A stretch of DNA of 64,000 nt, taken from positions 5,420 to 69,419 of the forward strand of contig JAGAMO010000015.1 in the NCBI GenBank assembly GCA_017624675.1. Direction: 5' to 3'. Of the stretch, positions 58,593-64,000 are shown in pieces (the stretch's first letter is position 1; the number at the start of each line of letters is the position of its first letter). Made by a program: the position numbers and the translations under genes. The stretch is from Clostridia bacterium. GTDB taxonomy: Bacteria; Bacillota; Clostridia; Oscillospirales; Acutalibacteraceae. The notes under the pieces are model-generated. The model was not told the origin of the DNA. It saw only the letters and a list, made by a program, of their open reading frames with translations, and ran no database searches.

Positions 58593-59822
58593 TTAGAAAA
58601 TAGTATGCAGGATTTTAACTTCGCAATTTTTAAATTCTGCAAGTTTTTCCTTTAAAATACTCAAAACTATTGGCTTTGTTATGAAACAAATTTCTTTGGA
58701 AAATTCGTTTTTTGTGATATTTTCGGTAAGAGATGCAAATTGCTTGTTAAATATATCGGTGATAGCAGAGAAATCATCGCCTGTTATCCTTACAAACATT
58801 TTTTCTTCGTTTTCAGAAGTGTTTACAACATAGCCTTCATAACCGTCAGCCCAGTCAAGATACTTACGGGAATTAATATGCTTGGCACAGTCAATAATAT
58901 CAGCAACGACAGCACTTGCAGTTGCTTCCTTTCCTGCGCCCTTACCATAGAACATAACTTCACCGGTTTGGTCACCGTCGATTAATATTGCATTAAATAC
59001 TCCGTCAACATGAGAAAGCATATTGCTTCTGGTTACAACAGTTGGTCTAACCTCAGCAGATATTTTGCCGTTTTCAAGAAGCTTTGCGTGACCGATGAGT
59101 TTAATTACACAGCCTAAATTGTCAGCAGCATAAACATCATCTAAAGAAATATTAGAAATGCCCGCGGTTTTAACCTGTTCGGGATAAACGTGTTTTCCAA
59201 AAGCTAAGGTAGCTAAAATGCAAACCTTACGGCAAGCATCGTGACCCTCAATGTCGGCAGTGGGGTCTTTTTCAGCATAACCGTTATCCTGAGCAAGTTT
59301 CAAAGCATCGGCAAAACTCATATTATCTACTATCATTTTATTGAGAATAAAATTGGTTGTTCCGTTTAAAATGCCCCAAAATTCTTTAATTTGGTTTGCA
59401 GAAAGGCACTGTGTCATAGGTCTAAGCACAGGAATACCGCCGCCAACACTCGCCTCGAAAAGAAAATTAACATTGTTTTCTTTTGCAATTTTAATAAGCT
59501 CGGCACCCTTTACAGCAACAAGCTCTTTGTTAGAGGTAACAACGCTTTTACCTGATAAAAGACATTTTTTAACAAAATCATAAGCAGGGTTTACACCGCC
59601 CATAACTTCGGCTACAACCTTAATACTGTCATCGTTTAAAATATCCTCAAAATTCTTAGTGAATTTGTCGGCATAAGAAAGAGAGGGGAAATCTCTCAAA
59701 TCCAGAATAGATTTAACATTGATTTCGTCGTGGATTTTTTCGGAGATTAGGCCATTGTGGTTTATTAAAATTTCGGCAACACCTGAGCCAACCACACCGT
59801 GACCCATAATAGCTACATTCAT
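58593..59822 (-). CDS. hom: Homoserine dehydrogenase
   Basis: GHGVVGSGV NAD motif, NKELVA, GILNGTTNFIL, and a C-terminal ACT-like domain. Confidence 0.9.
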   Translation of the reverse strand: MNVAIMGHGVVGSGVAEILINHNGLISEKIHDEINVKSILDLRDFPSLSYADKFTKNFEDILNDDSIKVVAEVMGGVNPAYDFVKKCLLSGKSVVTSNKELVAVKGAELIKIAKENNVNFLFEASVGGGIPVLRPMTQCLSANQIKEFWGILNGTTNFILNKMIVDNMSFADALKLAQDNGYAEKDPTADIEGHDACRKVCILATLAFGKHVYPEQVKTAGISNISLDDVYAADNLGCVIKLIGHAKLLENGKISAEVRPTVVTRSNMLSHVDGVFNAILIDGDQTGEVMFYGKGAGKEATASAVVADIIDCAKHINSRKYLDWADGYEGYVVNTSENEEKMFVRITGDDFSAITDIFNKQFASLTENITKNEFSKEICFITKPIVLSILKEKLAEFKNCEVKILHTIF

Positions 59823-59858
59823 ATTTTACCTCCCAAGGGTAAATAATAATTCCAAAAT

Positions 59859-59887
59859 ATTATACTACATTTGAAATTCAAAAGCAA
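59859..59887 (-). promoter_or_regulatory. Sigma-A promoter of hom-lysC
   Basis: Minus strand: TTGCTT, 17-nt spacer, TATAAT. The leader is short, with no room for a riboswitch or T-box. Confidence 0.55.
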
Positions 59888-59954
59888 CAAAAAAAGACAA
59901 ATATCCTCAGATTTGTTTTAACTGTTGAATTTTTTGACTTGAGGAGGAGCGTTT

Positions 59955-61016
59955 TTGGGCGACAGTGCAAAAAAGAACTTTATTATAAATACAATTTACT
60001 ACTCGTTGTGGATAGCAATATTCTTAATTACCGGCAGATTGTTGTTTAAATATATTCTGCCATTCATTATAGCTATTATTGTGGCAAGTTTGATGCAAAG
60101 ACCGGCAAGTATGTTATCAGAAAAAATTAAAATTAAAAAGGGAATCTGTGCTGTATTCCTCTCTGCAACTGTGTATATTATTTTGGCGGCATTTTTGATT
60201 TTTATAATATTAAAGGCGTTTAGCTTTACGGGGGTCATAATTAAATCATTATCAAATTTTTCAGACGCGGCGAGTTCGTTTTTTGCAAATATTCAAGGGT
60301 TATTTAAAGGATTATTTGGAAATGTGTCTGAAGAGGTAAAAAATGCAGGTGATAAAATCTTTCACGGTATTCTTGAAAATGCAGTTATTAAACTGTCTTC
60401 GTTGCTGTCAGATGGGGCGGCTTCGGTAGTTAAAACCGCACCTGCATTTCTTTTTAGCAGTATTGTGGCTTTGGCGGCAACATGTTATATTTCAAGAGAT
60501 TACGATAATCTTTCTGAATTTGTAAAGAAAATGACACCAGAAAAAAACATAAAGGCTTACCTTAAGGTAAAGGTTATCTTAAAGGATTCGGTTTTGAAAA
60601 TTTTAGGCGGATATTTGATATTGATGCTTATAACCTTTCTTGAATTAGCAATAGGATTATCATGTCTTAAAGTGAAAAATTGGCTACTACTTGCAATTAT
60701 TATATCGTTAGTAGATGCACTGCCTGTTTTGGGAGCGGGTGCTTTATTGATTCCTTGGGGTATTTTAAATATAGTTATGGGAAATAAATTTCTAGGTATA
60801 GGGTTAATGGCTTTGTATATCATTTTAATTGTGGTAAGAAATTTTGCTGAATCAAAAATTGTGGGAAACAAAACGGGAATAAATCCTTTATTTATACTTT
60901 TTGCAATGTTTTTAGGATTAAAAGTTTTTGGGGTTATAGGACTTTTGGTGTTGCCCGTAACATTTATTGTAATTATTAAATATTATAAGAATGAGATGGA
61001 AGAAGAACTGTCTTAA
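59955..61016 (+). CDS. ytvI: Sporulation integral membrane protein YtvI (AI-2E/PerM transporter family)
   Basis: 353 aa with about 8 TM segments. DALPVLGAGALLIPW motif. TTG start after RBS GAGGAGGAG. Confidence 0.7.
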   Translation: MGDSAKKNFIINTIYYSLWIAIFLITGRLLFKYILPFIIAIIVASLMQRPASMLSEKIKIKKGICAVFLSATVYIILAAFLIFIILKAFSFTGVIIKSLSNFSDAASSFFANIQGLFKGLFGNVSEEVKNAGDKIFHGILENAVIKLSSLLSDGAASVVKTAPAFLFSSIVALAATCYISRDYDNLSEFVKKMTPEKNIKAYLKVKVILKDSVLKILGGYLILMLITFLELAIGLSCLKVKNWLLLAIIISLVDALPVLGAGALLIPWGILNIVMGNKFLGIGLMALYIILIVVRNFAESKIVGNKTGINPLFILFAMFLGLKVFGVIGLLVLPVTFIVIIKYYKNEMEEELS

Positions 61017-61042
61017 AAGTCTCAAAAAAGGAGCGTTAAGAA

Positions 61043-61246
61043 ATGGGCTGTAATATAGAACTTGAAAGTATAACAAGTGCTATTAAAGCGCGAGATTTGC
61101 TAAAACGCAAAAATTTTAAAGTGCAAATCGAAAAAACTGTGAAAGGCACTAAAAAAGGTTGCTCGTATTCGGTTATAACAAATAAAGATTGCAACAGTGC
61201 TTTAAAGATATTAGATGGCAATGTAAAAATAATCGGAATTTCATAA
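61043..61246 (+). CDS. DUF3343-family small protein (putative S/Se carrier-like)
   Basis: 67 aa with one central Cys in KKGCSY, and the beta-alpha-beta-like pattern typical of DUF3343. Confidence 0.55.
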   Translation: MGCNIELESITSAIKARDLLKRKNFKVQIEKTVKGTKKGCSYSVITNKDCNSALKILDGNVKIIGIS

Positions 61247-61247
61247 T

Positions 61248-61273
61248 CGGGTGTCTAGAACACCCGTTTTTTA
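61248..61273 (+). terminator. Intrinsic terminator
   Basis: CGGGTGT-CTAGAA-CACCCG followed by TTTTTT. Confidence 0.75.
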
Positions 61274-61302
61274 ATACATTTAACATATTTTAAGGAGGAT
61301 TT

Positions 61303-62439
61303 ATGATGATTTATTTTGATAATGCCGCCACAACGGGAGCTAAGCCCAAGGCGGTTATTGAGGCGGTGAAAAATGCTTTAGAGCATTACTCTGCAAATCC
61401 TGGCAGGTCGGGACATTCAGCATCAATTAAAACAGCAGAAGTAGTTTATAAAACAAGAGAAAAATTATCCCGGTTTTTCGGTTCTGATGGGCCTGAAACA
61501 GTGGTTTTTACTCAAAATTGCACCCATAGCGCCAACTGTGTTATAAAAGGACTTTTAAAAAGGGGAGACCATTGTATAATCTCGTCTTTGGAGCATAATG
61601 CGGTTGCGAGACCGCTTGTAAAAATGGGAGTTTCTTACAGCGTTGCCGAGGTATCAATGGAGAACGATGACAAAACAGTTGAAAATTTTAAAAGATTAAT
61701 AAAACCTAATACAAGGCTCATTTTTTGTATGGGCGCTTCTAATGTGTGGGGTAAAATTTTACCCATAGAAAAAATAGGCAAACTTTGCCATGAAAAAGGA
61801 ATTTTATTCGCTGTTGATGCCGCACAAACCGCGGGTGTTATAACTATAGATATGAAAAAACAACACATAGATTTTCTGTGTGTTGCACCGCATAAGGGTC
61901 TATATGCACCAATGGGAATCGGAGTCTTGATTGCACGAAAGAATTTACCTCAGACCATAATAGAGGGTGGTACTGGCACTAATTCATTAGAACTTTACCA
62001 ACCGTCTAGGTTACCCGAAAGACTTGAGAGCGGAACGCTTAATGTACCTGCTATTTTAGGCGTTTCTGCAGGACTTGATTATATTTCTAAAATTGGAATA
62101 AAGCGTCTTTACGAGAGTGAGTTATCACTGATTACAAAACTATACAAAGAACTAAAAAAAATGCCTCAAATAATACTCTATACTCCTTCACCGACACTCA
62201 ATTCCTATGCACCGCTCCTAAGTTTTAATTTAGAGGATTTAGACTCTTCAAAAGTTGCAAATATACTCTCGCAAAACAACATTGCCGTAAGGGGAGGACT
62301 TCATTGTTCGCCCTTTGCACATCGCCAAATGGGAACTCAATATATAGGTGCGATAAGAGTTTCGGTTGCGAGTTTTAACAATGCGACTGAAATTGATACA
62401 TTTTTGTCGATTTTACAATCAAAAACATTGAAAAAATAA
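61303..62439 (+). CDS. Class V aminotransferase / cysteine desulfurase-family protein
   Basis: YFDNAATT N-terminus, the PLP-lysine context (APHKGLYAPMG) and GGLHCSP near the C-terminus. Confidence 0.8.
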   Translation: MMIYFDNAATTGAKPKAVIEAVKNALEHYSANPGRSGHSASIKTAEVVYKTREKLSRFFGSDGPETVVFTQNCTHSANCVIKGLLKRGDHCIISSLEHNAVARPLVKMGVSYSVAEVSMENDDKTVENFKRLIKPNTRLIFCMGASNVWGKILPIEKIGKLCHEKGILFAVDAAQTAGVITIDMKKQHIDFLCVAPHKGLYAPMGIGVLIARKNLPQTIIEGGTGTNSLELYQPSRLPERLESGTLNVPAILGVSAGLDYISKIGIKRLYESELSLITKLYKELKKMPQIILYTPSPTLNSYAPLLSFNLEDLDSSKVANILSQNNIAVRGGLHCSPFAHRQMGTQYIGAIRVSVASFNNATEIDTFLSILQSKTLKK

Positions 62440-62525
62440 TAAAAAACCTATTGCTACAATGAGATAAATATGATAAAATATATCATGTAATCTTATATTT
62501 ATAAAAATAATAAGGAAGTGAGATT

Positions 62526-63437
62526 TTGAGTAGTTTATGGAATGCTATATACTCTTTTTGGAACTACATAGTTTATGCCGTTTCAAATATGAGAATTCCT
62601 TTAGATATAATCGATATTTTGGTGATGGCTTTTATAATTTACAAAGCTATTGAATTTTTAAGAGATACCCGTGCAGGTCAGCTTGTAAAGGGTATAATAA
62701 TGCTTGTTGTAATTTATTTTGTTGCTGATTGGCTTGAACTTCCAACTATTGAATGGTTGCTTAAAACAATAGTTAATTCCGTTATTATCGTAGCGGCTGT
62801 TATTTTTCAGCCCGAGCTTCGTCGAATTCTTGAAAAGGTTGGCAGAACAGGTCTAAAAGCTAACCAACTTTTAGATGGCAAACAGGACGAAATGGTTGCA
62901 ACTATCGATAATGTTACCCGTGCCGCTGGTATAATGCAGGACAAGAAAATCGGTGCTTTAGTTGTATTTGAAGGCAAAACACAGTTGGGTGATATTATTA
63001 ATACGGGAACAGTGCTTGATGCCAAGTCTTCGGTTTCTATGATTAATAACATATTTTTTCCAAAATCTCCCTTGCACGACGGCGCAGTAATTATTCGTGA
63101 TGGAAGAGTTTATGCTGCGGGTTGTATTCTTCCACTTACTCAAAGAGATGACATAAGTTCACAGCTCGGCACTCGCCATAGAGCAGCTATTGGTATGACC
63201 GAAAATTCCGATGCTGTCGTGTTGGTGGTTTCCGAGGAAACAGGAATTATTTCTATAGTTTCAAACGGACAGATTACAAGAAATTATAATTCTATCTCTG
63301 CTAATCATGAACTTTGCAAATTATTACTTACCGATGAGCAAAAGGAAAGCGAATCTTTGATTTCAAAGGTTGTAAATGCATTTAAGAATATTAAAATAAA
63401 AAGAGGAAAGGATGACGAAAATGCTAAACCGAATTAA
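62526..63437 (+). CDS. cdaA: Diadenylate cyclase CdaA
   Basis: Three N-terminal TM segments, then a DAC domain with GALVVFE, DGAVIIRDGRV and RHRAAIGMTE. TTG start. Confidence 0.9.
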   Translation: MSSLWNAIYSFWNYIVYAVSNMRIPLDIIDILVMAFIIYKAIEFLRDTRAGQLVKGIIMLVVIYFVADWLELPTIEWLLKTIVNSVIIVAAVIFQPELRRILEKVGRTGLKANQLLDGKQDEMVATIDNVTRAAGIMQDKKIGALVVFEGKTQLGDIINTGTVLDAKSSVSMINNIFFPKSPLHDGAVIIRDGRVYAAGCILPLTQRDDISSQLGTRHRAAIGMTENSDAVVLVVSEETGIISIVSNGQITRNYNSISANHELCKLLLTDEQKESESLISKVVNAFKNIKIKRGKDDENAKPN

Positions 63438-64000
63438 ATCCTTTTCCTTTAAAGAACTGCTTTTTAACCGCAAATTTACTATTCTTTTTTCAATTTTTCT
63501 AAGCTTTATTCTGTGGATGGGCATTACTGTTGGGAAAAATACTGTAATTCAAAGGTCTTTTTCGGATGTAACGGTTACTGTTAATATGGAAAATACATTT
63601 GCCTCTGAAAACCAAATGAGCATAATAGGTGATATTTCAGAGCAAAGATTTACTGTTATGGTAATGGGTCAAAATAATGTAGTGGCATCTTTGTCGGCCA
63701 GTGAAATTAATCTTTTTGCTTCTGCTGCTACAGTTGACAGTCCGGGCGAATATAATCTTGAGGTTTCCGCTTCAAATGCTACTGCATCAGGCGATTATGA
63801 TATTGTCAGCATATCCCCAAAAACCGTTAAGGTTAGCTTTGATTATGTTGAGACCAGAGAATTTACAGTTACCGCCATTGCAGAAGGTGTAACCGCTTCT
63901 AAGGGTCTTATTGCCGAGGCTGCGGTTGTTAGCGGCATTGAAAACAATACCATAACCATTACAGGACCCAGAACTGTTATTAATAGTATTGAGACTGTTG
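63421..64000 (+). CDS. cdaR: CdaA regulator CdaR (YbbR-domain protein), 3' end cut by the window edge
   Basis: The frame is open from ATG 63421 to the end of the window; it is absent from the ORF track because it has no stop. N-terminal TM, then repeated beta-rich YbbR-like segments. It overlaps the cdaA stop. Confidence 0.75.
   Translation, partial: MLNRIKSFSFKELLFNRKFTILFSIFLSFILWMGITVGKNTVIQRSFSDVTVTVNMENTFASENQMSIIGDISEQRFTVMVMGQNNVVASLSASEINLFASAATVDSPGEYNLEVSASNATASGDYDIVSISPKTVKVSFDYVETREFTVTAIAEGVTASKGLIAEAAVVSGIENNTITITGPRTVINSIETV

Overview
This 64-kb window looks like chromosomal DNA from a low-GC, spore-forming Clostridia-type Firmicute. Supporting genes are yabP, yabQ, a SpoVB-like flippase, ytvI and a DUF1540 gene, plus the Bacillus-like order SRP RNA-dnaX-ybaB-recR. 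Coding density is high and most of it is housekeeping. (1) 1-12.3 kb holds cytoplasmic glycan-trimming enzymes: GH2 LacZ, a GH94-like phosphorylase, a domain-permuted GH3, CE7-like and CE4-like esterases, and a GH36 alpha-galactosidase. (2) 12.7-16.5 kb holds a glpP-controlled glycerol-3-phosphate oxidoreductase operon. (3) 17.2-21.2 kb holds an AraC-paired four-enzyme operon of unknown pathway. (4) 22-42.9 kb holds comM, recR, dnaX, galU, recJ, relA, dtd, hemZ, mtnN, hup and the yabO-yabR block. (5) tRNA-Ala(GGC) is followed by cell-envelope genes: a RodA/FtsW-family gene, srtB, an LCP gene, a surface protein gene and murA. (6) The rest is clpX, clpP, tig, hom, lysC, an apgM-like gene, and cdaA/cdaR. 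I found no transposase, integrase, CRISPR array or recognisable defence system, and no convincing novel multi-gene system. The most unusual signals are small-scale: two glp leader terminators sharing a sequence box; an orphan 3' fragment of a surface-protein gene fused in frame behind the glp operon; related GC-rich hairpins at both borders of that operon; a 99-nt structured trailer co-transcribed with tRNA-Ala that ends in a tRNA-like CUCCACCA; an overlapping srtB-LCP pair next to a substrate with a non-canonical sorting motif; a DnaA-box-like cluster; an untracked DUF1540 mini-gene with a forespore-type promoter; and an apgM-like gene beside hom-lysC. All calls rest on reading the sequence and on remembered family motifs. 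No database search was run.
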